From IMG/VR virus record IMGVR_UViG_3300047496_000382: DNA of 64,000 nt; one strand, written 5' to 3'. This stretch comes from a virus. A program made the position numbers and the translations under genes. Below are positions 19,339 through 29,022 of the stretch, in pieces. Position 1 is the stretch's first letter; every line of letters starts with the position of its first letter. The notes under the pieces were generated by a model. That model saw only the letters and a list, made by a program, of their open reading frames with translations. It did not search any database and had not been told where the DNA came from.

Positions 19339-19544
19339 GACGCCTCCTTGTAGCGGTTGAAAGCACGACGGCCGAAGTAGACGGCTTCGCGCCCGAGCCA
19401 CATGCCCATCGTGATGGGCCAGGTGACCGCGATGCCGATGCCGGTGAAGAGCAGGTCAGTGCTCTGGTGTTCGAGCGCCTCGATGACGGCTTGCCCGGAG
19501 AGCGCGAGGACACCGCCGGCGTAGAGGATGAGGATGGTGGTCAT
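19320..19544 (-). CDS. small two-TM membrane protein
   Basis: Two hydrophobic segments. Confidence 0.55.
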   Translation of the reverse strand: MTTILILYAGGVLALSGQAVIEALEHQSTDLLFTGIGIAVTWPITMGMWLGREAVYFGRRAFNRYKEASCRTST

Positions 19545-19936
19545 ACCGGGTCTCCACTGAAGGGGTCACGGTGATTGGCCAAGCGCCAGGCCTGTTGAAA
19601 CGCCTGCGCGTCTGCCTCGGTCACGAAGTACGCGCGCTTCTCCTCTTCGAACTCGCAGGACCACAGCGCGGCGAGCTCCGTAGGCGGGTGTACGACCAGG
19701 TCAGGCGCGGTGTACACGTACTCGAGGTCGCAGTTGTTGCACCAATAGAGGAGGCGCCCGCGCGTATCAGTCTGGGGCGTCTGCCCATCCCAATGCATAC
19801 GCGTATCGCCGGCGTAGTTGAACCCCTGTCCATCTTCCGTGCGACGAAGCAACGCGACACCAGGAGTTGTCTCACAGGTGCCCTCGGGGTCACCGCCACA
19901 CTTCGGACAGAGAGCAAGCGGGAATTCGGCCATCAC
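19541..19936 (-). CDS. Zn-ribbon hypothetical protein
   Basis: CPKC and CNNC motifs. Confidence 0.6.
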   Translation of the reverse strand: MMAEFPLALCPKCGGDPEGTCETTPGVALLRRTEDGQGFNYAGDTRMHWDGQTPQTDTRGRLLYWCNNCDLEYVYTAPDLVVHPPTELAALWSCEFEEEKRAYFVTEADAQAFQQAWRLANHRDPFSGDPV

Positions 19937-20439
19937 TTTCCTTTCTTTCGGTTGAGACGTTCTTCGAACTTCTTGATGTGCTCCCGAACGATGTCGTCGG
20001 GAACCACGGGAATGACCTCCTTGGCGGAGATGAAGACCGAGCCGCCACCGAAGGCACCGTCCTCCATCTTGCTGCAGGTCATCGCGTAGCTGAGGACGAG
20101 GTACTCGTTCTTGCGGAAACGCTTGAGGAACGCGTGGAGCAGGAACGCCGCCTGGCCGACGCTGCCTGCGTCCTCAGAGAAGAGACGTGCAGCGTAGTAG
20201 TTGCTGCGCACGTACTCCCCCTTCTCCTTGTCCCACTCCATGTCATCGATGACCTGGAGCTCGAAGTCGGGGAAGATGGTGGTGTCGAACTCGCGCCCGA
20301 ACTTCTTGAGGAAGGCGGCTTGCTCCGGGCTCGTGCCCTCAGCATCCTCCGTGCGCACACCCATCAGGTCCCACCAGTTCTTCTCTTCGAGAGTGACCTT
20401 GGGCACCTTCACGCAGAAAAACGTGTAGTAGTCCGGCAT
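19933..20439 (-). CDS. hypothetical protein
   Basis: SD AAGGAG; behind promoter. Confidence 0.65.
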   Translation of the reverse strand: MPDYYTFFCVKVPKVTLEEKNWWDLMGVRTEDAEGTSPEQAAFLKKFGREFDTTIFPDFELQVIDDMEWDKEKGEYVRSNYYAARLFSEDAGSVGQAAFLLHAFLKRFRKNEYLVLSYAMTCSKMEDGAFGGGSVFISAKEVIPVVPDDIVREHIKKFEERLNRKKGK

Positions 20440-20459
20440 GCAGAGTCTCTCCTTCACCC

Positions 20460-20489
20460 TTCTTATGCCCGAGCAGCGCAGGAAGTTGA
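20460..20489 (-). promoter_or_regulatory. class I phage promoter
   Basis: TCAACT-N14-GGCATAAGAA. Confidence 0.7.
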
Positions 20490-20492
20490 GGG

Positions 20493-20532
20493 GCTAGAAG
20501 AACAGGCGACACCCCGAAGGGCACGCCTGCTC
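20493..20532 (-). terminator. intrinsic terminator ending TTCTTCTAGC
   Basis: CAGGCG...CGCCTG stem with CCC-TTCG-GGG top. Confidence 0.65.
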
Positions 20533-20536
20533 ACCC

Positions 20537-21099
20537 CTACACCGCGTCGAGAATGCCCTGCGGGACGCCCTCCGCGTCCATGCAGACGAGACTGTGGTCG
20601 TCTGAGCCGAGCACGCTCTCAATGGCATAGACAGCACGCTCTGCTACCTCGGGGTGCAGCCCCTTGATGTGCACGAAGAGCGGCGAGTCTCGAGGTACTT
20701 GCCACTTCGTCATGAGGTCAATGAACGCACCCACCGTCAATCGAATGCGCGGCGTGGGCGGTCGCAGCGTGCCCGGCTTGGGACGAAGGGGCTTGTCCTC
20801 CTGGAGCGACAGCCCGAGCTCCCCGAGGACGAGGCTCACCTCCTTCAGGCACTTTCTCCAAAGCGCATTCGCGCCTTGAGCATGCGCGGTGACTGTCGAA
20901 TGAGCTGCCCCAGGAGCAGCACCGGGTTCGACCCCATCGTGAGCGCGTTCGCCGTGCGTACCGAAAACGGAAACCACTCGAGCGGGCACTTCAACGGGTC
21001 GTTGAGCTCCTCCAGCTCATCATTGTAGTTATCGCCGAGCAACGTACCCAGCTTCTTGAGCAACAGCTCCTTCTCGTCCACGACATTCACCTCGGTCAT
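20537..21099 (-). pseudogene. RNA polymerase alpha-CTD-like domain protein with a 1-nt frameshift
   Basis: FPFSVRTANAL...LGQLIRQ...RFG in one frame continues as RKCLKEV..LGELGLSL in another; one base missing near 20857. Confidence 0.7.
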
Positions 21100-21115
21100 G
21101 CAGGCCTCCTCGTAG

Positions 21116-21145
21116 TTCTTGTGCCCGAACCCTCGAGAAAGTTGG
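21116..21145 (-). promoter_or_regulatory. class I phage promoter
   Basis: CCAACT-N14-GGCACAAGAA. Confidence 0.7.
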
Positions 21146-21185
21146 CTAGAAAAAGACGAAGGGCGCCGAAGCGCCCTTGTCCTTC
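21146..21185 (-). terminator. intrinsic terminator ending TTTTTCTAG
   Basis: AAGGGCGC-TTCG-GCGCCCTT hairpin. Confidence 0.8.
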
Positions 21186-21202
21186 TCACGTGCTCACCGA
21201 CG

Positions 21203-21619
21203 TCAGTCGAAGAACAACTTCATCGCCTCGTTGAGGTACCGCGACGCTGCTATCGCAAGGCTCTTGGTCACACCTATTTCGAAGTCGTGGAAGACACACT
21301 CGATATAGGCCGCGGGCACCAGTGGGTTGGTCCAGAAGTCCACTGGCATGTGTGTCTTGAACGCATGCATGACCAAAAGCAGCTCTTCGGTCTTCTTGCC
21401 GTTGGTGTTGTAGATGTCACGCAGCGTCGGGCTGTAGAACATCACCAACTCAAAGTCGTCGCTGTCCTCGAGGTCGCTCAGCTCCTTCTGGAAGTTCAGA
21501 ACGACCGGGCTCAGTTCGTCTGGCTCGGATATCGGTTCCGACACCGCCTCCGTGGTTGGTGCTGCAATGTCTATCAACATCTCGTCTGATGTCTCCAACG
21601 GAGGGAGCTTGGCTGTCAT
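21203..21619 (-). CDS. acidic hypothetical protein
   Basis: SD GAGG. Confidence 0.6.
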   Translation of the reverse strand: MTAKLPPLETSDEMLIDIAAPTTEAVSEPISEPDELSPVVLNFQKELSDLEDSDDFELVMFYSPTLRDIYNTNGKKTEELLLVMHAFKTHMPVDFWTNPLVPAAYIECVFHDFEIGVTKSLAIAASRYLNEAMKLFFD

Positions 21620-21626
21620 GGCGTCC

Positions 21627-22232
21627 TCACTGCAGGGATGTGCGGAGGTGCTCGTCGACAGCGGTGGCAAAGGCCTGCCACACGTCGCCGGTTCGGCACG
21701 TCGGGTCTTTACAGCTTTGTCGGTGCTCCTGGACCCGCTTCACGAGGTGCGCGCTGACGCTTCGAAACACTTCTGTGTTGAAGGGAAGCTCGCCCGTGCG
21801 CGCTCCTCGCGCCAGGATTCCAGGCCCCTCTTTTTGCAGACGCGCAAGTACTCCCTCAGCTGTCATATCCTGCGTATGCACCTGAAGGTACCGACACACC
21901 TGCCGCGCCGTCTCTTCTACCGCTGCCTCCTCCGGAGACTGCGCAGGCGGTGAGTCATGCGAAGAGCGCGTGCCGGAGAGTCGGGCAAGCACCTCCTCTA
22001 TGGGAAGCAACAGCGCTTGCGGGCCTTCCTCATCACCAGCGTAGCTGGCGATGAGCGTGATGCCCGTCGGCGTCAGAACGGGCGGCATCACCTTGTAGCC
22101 CTCTTCCGCCAGGCCGTTGAGCATGTTCTCGATGTTGCGCGCGTAGAGTTTGCTGCTCTTCGCGGGCACGAAGTTCACGTGCTCGACCCGGTACAACTTC
22201 TTCTTCTTTTCCTTCGTCTCATTCTTGGCCAT
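21627..22232 (-). CDS. hypothetical protein
   Basis: SD AGGAGG. Confidence 0.6.
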   Translation of the reverse strand: MAKNETKEKKKKLYRVEHVNFVPAKSSKLYARNIENMLNGLAEEGYKVMPPVLTPTGITLIASYAGDEEGPQALLLPIEEVLARLSGTRSSHDSPPAQSPEEAAVEETARQVCRYLQVHTQDMTAEGVLARLQKEGPGILARGARTGELPFNTEVFRSVSAHLVKRVQEHRQSCKDPTCRTGDVWQAFATAVDEHLRTSLQ

Positions 22233-22542
22233 TGGTGTGCCTCCTTGCACGCTTGAGCCTTCGTCTGCTGACCAGGACGTCCGTCACGCAGCCGTAGGCC
22301 AGGCGAAGAGCAATCAGTCCGGGGACACGGAACCACCAGCGGTCCGCCCAGCACTTCTCATTGAGCCACGGCGTGCAGAAGAGCAGCACACCGGCCATCA
22401 GCATGAAGACGCTGTCACGCACGTTCGCGTAGTACGCCGCCTCGAGTTCTTCCTTCGTACACACAGGCGCCCTCCCGTTCTTCTTATTCCAGAAGGCGAC
22501 CACAAGTTGTACGTGAGCACTACTCGTTGTCGCTACGCTCAT
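22219..22542 (-). CDS. two-TM membrane protein
   Basis: Hydrophobic segments, tiling. Confidence 0.5.
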   Translation of the reverse strand: MSVATTSSAHVQLVVAFWNKKNGRAPVCTKEELEAAYYANVRDSVFMLMAGVLLFCTPWLNEKCWADRWWFRVPGLIALRLAYGCVTDVLVSRRRLKRARRHTNGQE

Positions 22543-23152
22543 CGTCTGCGGGCGGAAGAGCGCGTGCCGCAGAGCCTGCGAGCTCGCCGCGCCGGCGGTA
22601 CTCCGCAGGACGACCGACGTTCATCACGTTGTGCGGCGTGAGCTTTCGGATGTGCATCCGGAGCTGCTCTGGGTTGAGGTCGAGGGCGTCGCAGATGAAG
22701 AGGAAGCTCGTGCCTTCCTTGTCTTCGCGCTTGCGCAGCTCCCAGTCCGGATGCCCCGGCTTCTCGAGGAATAGCCAGGTGTACGCCTCCTCGGCGAGCT
22801 CCTTGCGCTTCATGCGTCGGCTGGTGCGGTAGAGCACCCAGTCGGAGGCCGCGCGTCGGATGATTTCGAGGAGCAGCGCGCGCGTGCCGTACGCGTTCTG
22901 CAGCGACTGCACATAGGCCTCGTGCGTGCCCGGAGGCGGCGGCGGGGGAGGCAGGCAGCGCGCGGGGAGCGGTGGCGAGATGAAAATGCGCGGCTTGGGC
23001 GGCTGCCGCTTCTTCGGCGCGCGCGGCGGGGGCTTGGGGCGCGCGAGCGCGAACTCCTCACGCAACTTCTCGACGTCGAGCTCGACCTTCGACGTGCGCA
23101 CCAGCTGTCGCATGGACGACAGCAGCATTCGGCGAAGGACGACGGCGCTCAT
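22520..23152 (-). CDS. phage hypothetical protein with Pro-rich linker
   Basis: ALLLEIIRRAASDW...WLF...SFLFICDALDLNP motif. Confidence 0.6.
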   Translation of the reverse strand: MSAVVLRRMLLSSMRQLVRTSKVELDVEKLREEFALARPKPPPRAPKKRQPPKPRIFISPPLPARCLPPPPPPPGTHEAYVQSLQNAYGTRALLLEIIRRAASDWVLYRTSRRMKRKELAEEAYTWLFLEKPGHPDWELRKREDKEGTSFLFICDALDLNPEQLRMHIRKLTPHNVMNVGRPAEYRRRGELAGSAARALPPADDERSDNE

Positions 23153-24054
23153 CAGGGTACGACCGTCACTGTCCCGCCCGGCACACTCACGCCCGGGTCT
23201 GGGATGTGGACGATGCTGAGGTCCAGGCGTCTGACGATGATGCTCGCGGTGCCTGGCGCGACCGGGCGCAGGACCAAGGTGTTGTTGGTCGGGAGGAGCA
23301 GGAGCACGGTCGGGTCGCTGCTCGCGTACGCCACGTCGCTGATGGCCGAGCCCTGAAGCAGCTCACCGTCGCTCGCGTACACCTGCGGCTGCACAACGTA
23401 GTCGCCGGCAGCGACCGACAGCGTGTACGGCCCCGGCGCGTAGAGCTCGACGAGCTGCACGATGGGGAAGAGCAGGTCGACGAGGTTCACGTTCACCGCG
23501 TCGGGCACCGAGATGTGCCTCACTATGTCCTCTGCGCCAGCGACGGTGACGCTGTACTTGCCGAAGCGGATGAGCGGAATCTGCGCGTAGCCCTTGTCGT
23601 CCGTCGAGACGATGACGCGCTCCTTCAGGATGCCCGCGCCGTCGAGCCAGAGCGGGTTGAACTCTGGCATGAAGTGAATCTCAGTGTTGCTCGCCGGCGA
23701 GCCGTCCGGCCCACGGAAGTACCCGAACGCGACGCACAGTCGCGGGTCGGTCGAGAGAGGCGGTGCGACGAGCTGCCCCGTCACCAGGAGGGTGTTCGTC
23801 TGTCCCGGTGCGAGCGGCGTCGGCAGCACCTCGAAGTACTGCGGGTTGGGAAGACTCACCGCCTGCTTGAAGTAACGCAGCTGGTAGGTCTGCCCCGAGG
23901 GGAGAAGAAACCCCGCCTGCCCGTTCACATCTGTAGTTGCCGTCGTGAAGAGAATGCGCCCGTCTTGCGAGAGCACCTTCACGAAGACGCCGGCGATGGG
24001 AGCCGCAAGCGGGGTTGAGTCGGTGACGAGGAGGTCGACGCTTTCGTAGCCCAT
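23152..24054 (-). CDS. putative virion protein with beta-sandwich/Ig-like domains
   Basis: ATTDVNGQAGFLL and STDDKGYAQI repeats; Big-2-like C-terminus. Confidence 0.55.
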   Translation of the reverse strand: MGYESVDLLVTDSTPLAAPIAGVFVKVLSQDGRILFTTATTDVNGQAGFLLPSGQTYQLRYFKQAVSLPNPQYFEVLPTPLAPGQTNTLLVTGQLVAPPLSTDPRLCVAFGYFRGPDGSPASNTEIHFMPEFNPLWLDGAGILKERVIVSTDDKGYAQIPLIRFGKYSVTVAGAEDIVRHISVPDAVNVNLVDLLFPIVQLVELYAPGPYTLSVAAGDYVVQPQVYASDGELLQGSAISDVAYASSDPTVLLLLPTNNTLVLRPVAPGTASIIVRRLDLSIVHIPDPGVSVPGGTVTVVP

Positions 24055-24061
24055 GGTGCCC

Positions 24062-25087
24062 TCAGAGCGTTCGGCGTACTGCGAAATCGATGTTGGGCTG
24101 TTGGACCGTGAATGCGTCATTTGGGCCGGCGGGGCCCGTGAGCATATTCAACGCCGTCACAGTCGGGTCGGTCGGCACGGTGATGTCGCGCGAGAGGTTG
24201 GTGCCTCCGATGGCGACACTCACGGCAGCTCCGCGCACGAGCAGCACCTCTGCGTGGCCGGTCCTATCGGTCAGGAGCTTCAGCCCTCCGCCAGCGACGG
24301 TGAAGCCCGCGACCTGCGTACCGTTGAAGGCGTTGTAGATGTAGACCTCTTGCCCGTAGAGGGGAGCGCCGGTGACGTCGACGAGGTCGACGTAGCAGCG
24401 CACCTGGTTGGCCGGACCAACGCCCTGCACCACGCGGCCGCGGAAGGGCAGCGAGTAGTCGCTCAGCAAGCCCGAGGTGCTGTTGTAGAAGCGCCAGCGA
24501 TACCAATAGGCGGGCGCCCCATTCGGGTCGACGAAGCCGTAGGTCTGTTGCGTGGGCTGGAGCACGAGGCGTCCGTCACGTCCGAAAGCGACTGACTGCG
24601 GCTCCTGCGTCGGCAAGCCGAGCAAGGGCGCCGCGTCTCCACCCACCACACGCAGCGTGACCTTCACGCCCACGGCAACAGTGCTCACGACGAGCTGCGC
24701 ACCGGCCACATAGGCGACGAGTACGCCCGCGCTCTGCGCCTGTATTTGCGCCGCAGCGTCGGCAAATGTCAGCGGGTCGACGCCGGTGAACGTCACGAGG
24801 ACGTCGGTCTCGCCCGGCGTTCCCTCATTGAGAAGAAGCTCGAGCGTCTTGCCTGAGAGCACGACGCTCGGCCCGGTGACGGGGGATAAAGGGGCTGCCG
24901 GTGCGTTGGGTGGCTGAACTGCCGGCATCCATGTGTTGTCAGTGAGGGCGTCGTAGGGCCCCTGCTCCGTGTCGCGCGAACGCCAGAGTTCGAGACGGTC
25001 ATACGACCCAGACCAGAGCGCCGGGTCAAGAAAGAGGTCGAGCTCTATGCGTTCGTTCGTCACAAGGACGACAGGGGCCGGGTTCAT
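24062..25087 (-). CDS. putative virion structural protein
   Basis: FnIII-like YWYRWRFYN segment; TFADAAAQIQA module also in 7882-11277. Confidence 0.55.
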   Translation of the reverse strand: MNPAPVVLVTNERIELDLFLDPALWSGSYDRLELWRSRDTEQGPYDALTDNTWMPAVQPPNAPAAPLSPVTGPSVVLSGKTLELLLNEGTPGETDVLVTFTGVDPLTFADAAAQIQAQSAGVLVAYVAGAQLVVSTVAVGVKVTLRVVGGDAAPLLGLPTQEPQSVAFGRDGRLVLQPTQQTYGFVDPNGAPAYWYRWRFYNSTSGLLSDYSLPFRGRVVQGVGPANQVRCYVDLVDVTGAPLYGQEVYIYNAFNGTQVAGFTVAGGGLKLLTDRTGHAEVLLVRGAAVSVAIGGTNLSRDITVPTDPTVTALNMLTGPAGPNDAFTVQQPNIDFAVRRTL

Positions 25088-25088
25088 G

Positions 25089-25454
25089 TCACGCCCGCGC
25101 CGTCTGGGGTCCGCGGACGATGGTGCCGTCGGGGCGGACGGTATTCGGGCCGACCGGAATGCCGTACTTCGCGGAGAGCTCGACCTGGAGTGTGCGAAGC
25201 TCGGTGCTCTCTTGCGTGAACTTCTCCGTCGCCTGCTGGCGCGCGTTGTCGAGCTGCTGCATCTGCAGCTGGATATTCTGGACGCGAAGGAACTTGTTCT
25301 CCATGCGGAGACGGTCCTCTTCCGTGAGGCGCGTGGGCAGCGCCGGCACGACCTGGGCAGGCTGCGCGCTCGCGCCCTCGGCGGGAGTCGGTACGCCCTT
25401 TACTGTTTCTGTGGGGGCCTCGACAGTCATCTCTTCTTTCGGGTCCATGCTCAC
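25089..25454 (-). CDS. coiled-coil hypothetical protein
   Basis: SD GAGGAG; Q-rich heptads. Confidence 0.65.
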   Translation of the reverse strand: MSMDPKEEMTVEAPTETVKGVPTPAEGASAQPAQVVPALPTRLTEEDRLRMENKFLRVQNIQLQMQQLDNARQQATEKFTQESTELRTLQVELSAKYGIPVGPNTVRPDGTIVRGPQTARA

Positions 25455-25463
25455 TCCTCGGTT

Positions 25464-25685
25464 TCAAGTGCCTACGAGAAAATCGTCAATCTCAGAGGCG
25501 ACCAGGTCGGAGGTCGCAGACACAGCGGACTGTGCCAACGTCTCCGACCCGGTGCGCCCCTGGAGGATTGTCTTCGCAGACGTCACGCGGTTGTTCAACT
25601 CGGCGGTCGCGGCCGTCGCCCAGTCCTGGGCAGCAGAAGCGAGTGCGTCAAGTCGCGCGTTGCGGTCCGCGAGTGTTCCCGCCAT
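25464..25685 (-). CDS. small Ala/Thr-rich protein
   Basis: GTAGACT 8 nt before ATG. Confidence 0.6.
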   Translation of the reverse strand: MAGTLADRNARLDALASAAQDWATAATAELNNRVTSAKTILQGRTGSETLAQSAVSATSDLVASEIDDFLVGT

Positions 25686-25718
25686 GGCGGCGGAGTCTAC
25701 ATCAGTCTCTGGCCGTTA

Positions 25719-25913
25719 CTAGCGGCGGAGTGCACTGGGCGGAAAACCGCCTTTCTTCAGCCACTCTTCGAGGCCCCCTACCGCCTGCACGAGCTCCAAG
25801 ACCTCGTCGGCGTCGGCGGTGATGGGGTTGCTGAGCGGGTCGCCGCGGTCGAGGTCGTCCCTCAACTTCTTCGCCCGTTCACAGATTTGTCTCCACGCTT
25901 CGTCAGGGTCCAT
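25719..25913 (-). CDS. small phage protein (MDPDEA...WLKKGGFPP type)
   Basis: Recognisable phage motif. Confidence 0.65.
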   Translation of the reverse strand: MDPDEAWRQICERAKKLRDDLDRGDPLSNPITADADEVLELVQAVGGLEEWLKKGGFPPSALRR

Positions 25914-26301
25914 CTGGTACAGCTCCCTGCTGCAGCGGCGCGCGCTTCTTCTCCGCAGCAAGCTCCGCCGCACTGAGGAATGCATCGAGCAACTGAGGGT
26001 TGCCATGGAACGTGGTCGCGAAGATGCAGCCGAACTTCTCACCCAGGTACGCGGCTTGATAGTCCGCGATGGGGAGAGAGCCGCCGACGTGGATGTTGGT
26101 CTGCGCGAAGTCGATGCCCGCGTTGAGCGCGTCTTGCGCAATCTTGATGTACTCGTTCATAAAGCCCGTGAGCTCGATGAACGGATGTGCGCCGATGGAG
26201 ACGGCCTGCGCGTAGAAGCTCGAGCTGAGGTTGCTCATTCGCGAGAGCATGAGCTTCAGCTCGGCACGGCGTTCTTCGGTGAGCTCTTCACGCGGGGACA
26301 T
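25903..26301 (-). CDS. hypothetical protein
   Basis: SD GAGG, tiling. Confidence 0.6.
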   Translation of the reverse strand: MSPREELTEERRAELKLMLSRMSNLSSSFYAQAVSIGAHPFIELTGFMNEYIKIAQDALNAGIDFAQTNIHVGGSLPIADYQAAYLGEKFGCIFATTFHGNPQLLDAFLSAAELAAEKKRAPLQQGAVPDGP

Positions 26302-26680
26302 CGGTACCTCGTGGAAGCCCGAAGCGGTCCCAGACCTCGTCGGGGAGGAAGGCGACGCGCTTCTTGAGGATGTCATCGCGCAGCTCGACCGACGACACCG
26401 CGCGCTCGATGAGCGCGTCCTTGACGACGACCCACCCACCACTGCGCCAGGGGTTCTTCATGTCATCAGTCTTCTTCTCGTCGACCGAGATGAGGATGAT
26501 GCCCTGCTGCATGTAGCCCTTGCACGTGTCGCAGGGCTCGTAGTTGATGACCACGGCACGTGGTGCCTCGGCGTCGTCGCGCAGCCGGCCAAAGAGGATG
26601 ACCCCCTTGTCGCCGTTGCAGAAGAAGCACTTCTCGATGGACGAGTTCACACCGTGCTTCGGGGACAGGTACAGCCCCAT
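26288..26680 (-). CDS. phage Zn-binding hypothetical protein
   Basis: LSPKHGVN...CFFC...EAP...PCDTC motif. Confidence 0.65.
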   Translation of the reverse strand: MGLYLSPKHGVNSSIEKCFFCNGDKGVILFGRLRDDAEAPRAVVINYEPCDTCKGYMQQGIILISVDEKKTDDMKNPWRSGGWVVVKDALIERAVSSVELRDDILKKRVAFLPDEVWDRFGLPRGTDVPA

Positions 26681-26682
26681 GG

Positions 26683-26907
26683 TCAGCCCTCCACTGGTAC
26701 GCCGAAGGCGAGGATGAGGTCCTTGCCTGCGGTCGAGATGACAGTCATTCCCTTCTTCAGGGCAGCGGCGCTGGCGTGGTCGAAGAGGTAATTCTCCGTC
26801 ACGCTCTCGAGCTGGGTGATGAAGCTGTTGCCATTGGGCTTGTCTGCCTGACACTGGAAGAGGTCCGGCGGAGTCAACGGAGCCACTTCCTTCTTGGGCT
26901 TGCTCAT
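26683..26907 (-). CDS. small hypothetical protein
   Basis: Tiling. Confidence 0.45.
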   Translation of the reverse strand: MSKPKKEVAPLTPPDLFQCQADKPNGNSFITQLESVTENYLFDHASAAALKKGMTVISTAGKDLILAFGVPVEG

Positions 26908-27284
26908 CCTGGTGTCTTCTCCTTCTTAGGGCGTGGTTTCTTCGGGCTGCCGAGCCTGATGATGCTCTTGCGGTCGCGCAGGTCGAGGTCAGCGCAGCAC
27001 GAGGCGCACGCGTTGTACTTCCACGTGCAGTCGTCGCAGAGCTTCGGCACACCTGTGTTCGGGTGCGACTGCTCCTTCTCGCACGCGAGGCACTTCCAGT
27101 TGGTGAACGCATGGCCGACGAGCTGCCCGCGCTTCAAGTAGAAGCAGGAGGCGCAGAGCCTCTGCTCGAGACGTTGCGTGCGGTCGCGGTCGGCGAGGAC
27201 GTTGAGCGCGCGAGAGACGGTGCTCTCGATGAGCTGCTTCGCCCAGTGGTTGGCGTGGAGGATGGATGAGAGGTCGAACTTCAT
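26904..27284 (-). CDS. Cys-rich Zn-finger protein
   Basis: Four CxxC-like pairs. Confidence 0.6.
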   Translation of the reverse strand: MKFDLSSILHANHWAKQLIESTVSRALNVLADRDRTQRLEQRLCASCFYLKRGQLVGHAFTNWKCLACEKEQSHPNTGVPKLCDDCTWKYNACASCCADLDLRDRKSIIRLGSPKKPRPKKEKTPG

Positions 27285-27289
27285 GGGGT

Positions 27290-27484
27290 TTAGTCCTTCC
27301 ACTCCACGCCGTGCGCGGTGCGATGTGGAGGTGAGTGGTTCTTTTCACGGTCACAACTCTCCATGAACCGAACCCGCATACAGAGCGGATAGTGCCGCGC
27401 GCACATGGCGCAGTAGCCAGTTCTACCCCCATCGCGTGGATACTCGATGCGGAGCTGAACGTGCGTATGCACAGGGCAGTTCAT
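27290..27484 (-). CDS. small Zn-binding hypothetical protein
   Basis: ATGA-coupled; CPVH and CAMC. Confidence 0.5.
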   Translation of the reverse strand: MNCPVHTHVQLRIEYPRDGGRTGYCAMCARHYPLCMRVRFMESCDREKNHSPPHRTAHGVEWKD

Positions 27485-27819
27485 GCTGCCTTCTCGCAGA
27501 GTGCCCGCCACTCGACGAAGAGGGGCCTGAGCTCCTCTCGGCACTTCTGGATGACCGCCAAGCGCGCGGGCGTGCTGTCCTCCGAATAGCAACTCACGTT
27601 GAAGTGCGCGCAGCTGACCCAGAACTTCCCGCCCATGCCGAGGCAGCCCTGGAAGCGAAACTCGGTGGTGTTCCCGCAGCTATCCGACGCCGGGTGGTGC
27701 CGCCACGTGTGGAACTCGACGAAGTCGAGCTCATTGTTCTCGTTCGCCTTGGCGTAGACGACGAGGACTTCGTACGCGCGCTTGAAGATGCTCTCGAGCT
27801 GGTCGGGGATGGTGGTCAT
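27481..27819 (-). CDS. phage hypothetical protein
   Basis: EFRFQGCLGMGGKFW motif. Confidence 0.65.
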   Translation of the reverse strand: MTTIPDQLESIFKRAYEVLVVYAKANENNELDFVEFHTWRHHPASDSCGNTTEFRFQGCLGMGGKFWVSCAHFNVSCYSEDSTPARLAVIQKCREELRPLFVEWRALCEKAA

Positions 27820-28502
27820 CACTTCACCTTGCGACGGTCCTTGCACGCCACGCTCATTCGGCCACCGTCATCTCGCTCCAGAACAATGCGCAGCCCGCCA
27901 GGGTTCGCCTGCGTGAAGGCTGCAAAAAACTTGTGGGCTGCCAACAGCGTGTTGTTCGTGTGGATGCTGTACGCAAACGAAGTCCCGTGCACGACTGGCG
28001 ACGGGACCACTGGCGCGGGCGCAGGCTCAATGAGGGCTGCGGGAGGTGTAGGGGCGGGAAGAGGCAGCTGCTGCGGGTACTGCTTGGTTACTGGGGTTGA
28101 AGACGCCGCTGTCTTCGCGGCCGCGATTTCTTCCGGGGTGCGCGGCGACTTGCGCTGCACGTACGCCGGTACGGCGCACGCACGTTCACGCGCAGCTCGA
28201 ATGGCCGCGGCGGGGCTGCCTGTGCGCGTTACTTCTTCATGGCGCTCGGCAATCGAGAGAGCGTTCTGCTCGGAGATACGCTTGTAGTTCTCAAGCAGGT
28301 ATTTCAGAGGGAATGTTCGTTTGCTGGATTGCCCAGGCGAGAGGTAGTCCACGCACACAACCCCACTGGGCCCGCGCACGCTCTCAAGAAGTACGACGAC
28401 TACGTCACCGGCTGTGTTGTTGGTCCACTCTGAGCGGACCGCCCAGTACTGTCCCTTTCTCACCAAGACCGTCTTCTCGTTGTCGTTGTTCGTCGTAGTC
28501 AT
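27819..28502 (-). CDS. hypothetical protein with Pro-rich linker
   Basis: SD GGAGG; behind promoter. Confidence 0.65.
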   Translation of the reverse strand: MTTTNNDNEKTVLVRKGQYWAVRSEWTNNTAGDVVVVLLESVRGPSGVVCVDYLSPGQSSKRTFPLKYLLENYKRISEQNALSIAERHEEVTRTGSPAAAIRAARERACAVPAYVQRKSPRTPEEIAAAKTAASSTPVTKQYPQQLPLPAPTPPAALIEPAPAPVVPSPVVHGTSFAYSIHTNNTLLAAHKFFAAFTQANPGGLRIVLERDDGGRMSVACKDRRKVK

Positions 28503-28516
28503 GCAATCCTCCACTG

Positions 28517-28546
28517 TTCTTATGCCGGAATTTCTAGGCGTTTCGC
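28517..28546 (-). promoter_or_regulatory. class I phage promoter (weak upstream box)
   Basis: GCGAAA-N14-GGCATAAGAA. Confidence 0.55.
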
Positions 28547-28713
28547 GTGTTTCATCTTCCACGCACGCCACTGGTCGCACTCATCCGTGTGTCACCACCC
28601 ACCAACCGCGTTGTATGCAAGGCGTGTCTCAAGACTGCAGCCACAAGGACATCCGCTGGGTTCCGGCGGCTCTAGTTCATCGCCTTCCAGAAGAGCCGGC
28701 GTGCGATAGTCCA

Positions 28714-29022
28714 TCATTGCTTCTGACGTGCCTCAACAGTCTTGTTCAGCTGGTGCGCGTCTATGGCCTTGTTCAACTCACCAAGGACCGCCGCGTCCTC
28801 CATCTGCTGGATGTCGTGGATAGCCAGGTCCATGAGTGACATGGGCCGGTCCTCGAGGCCTTCAGCGAAGAAGTTCCTGGCAAGCTCGATGACGTCTCCG
28901 TTGGGGAACTCGAGCGTGAGCACGCGGAAGTCCGGCCTACTCACTAAGCAGTACGAGCCCTTGGGGTGTTCGCCGTGTGCGCGCCGTGTGGTGTACGGCT
29001 TCTTCTCCGGACCGAGTCGCAT
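28714..29022 (-). CDS. hypothetical protein
   Basis: TAATG-coupled. Confidence 0.55.
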   Translation of the reverse strand: MRLGPEKKPYTTRRAHGEHPKGSYCLVSRPDFRVLTLEFPNGDVIELARNFFAEGLEDRPMSLMDLAIHDIQQMEDAAVLGELNKAIDAHQLNKTVEARQKQ

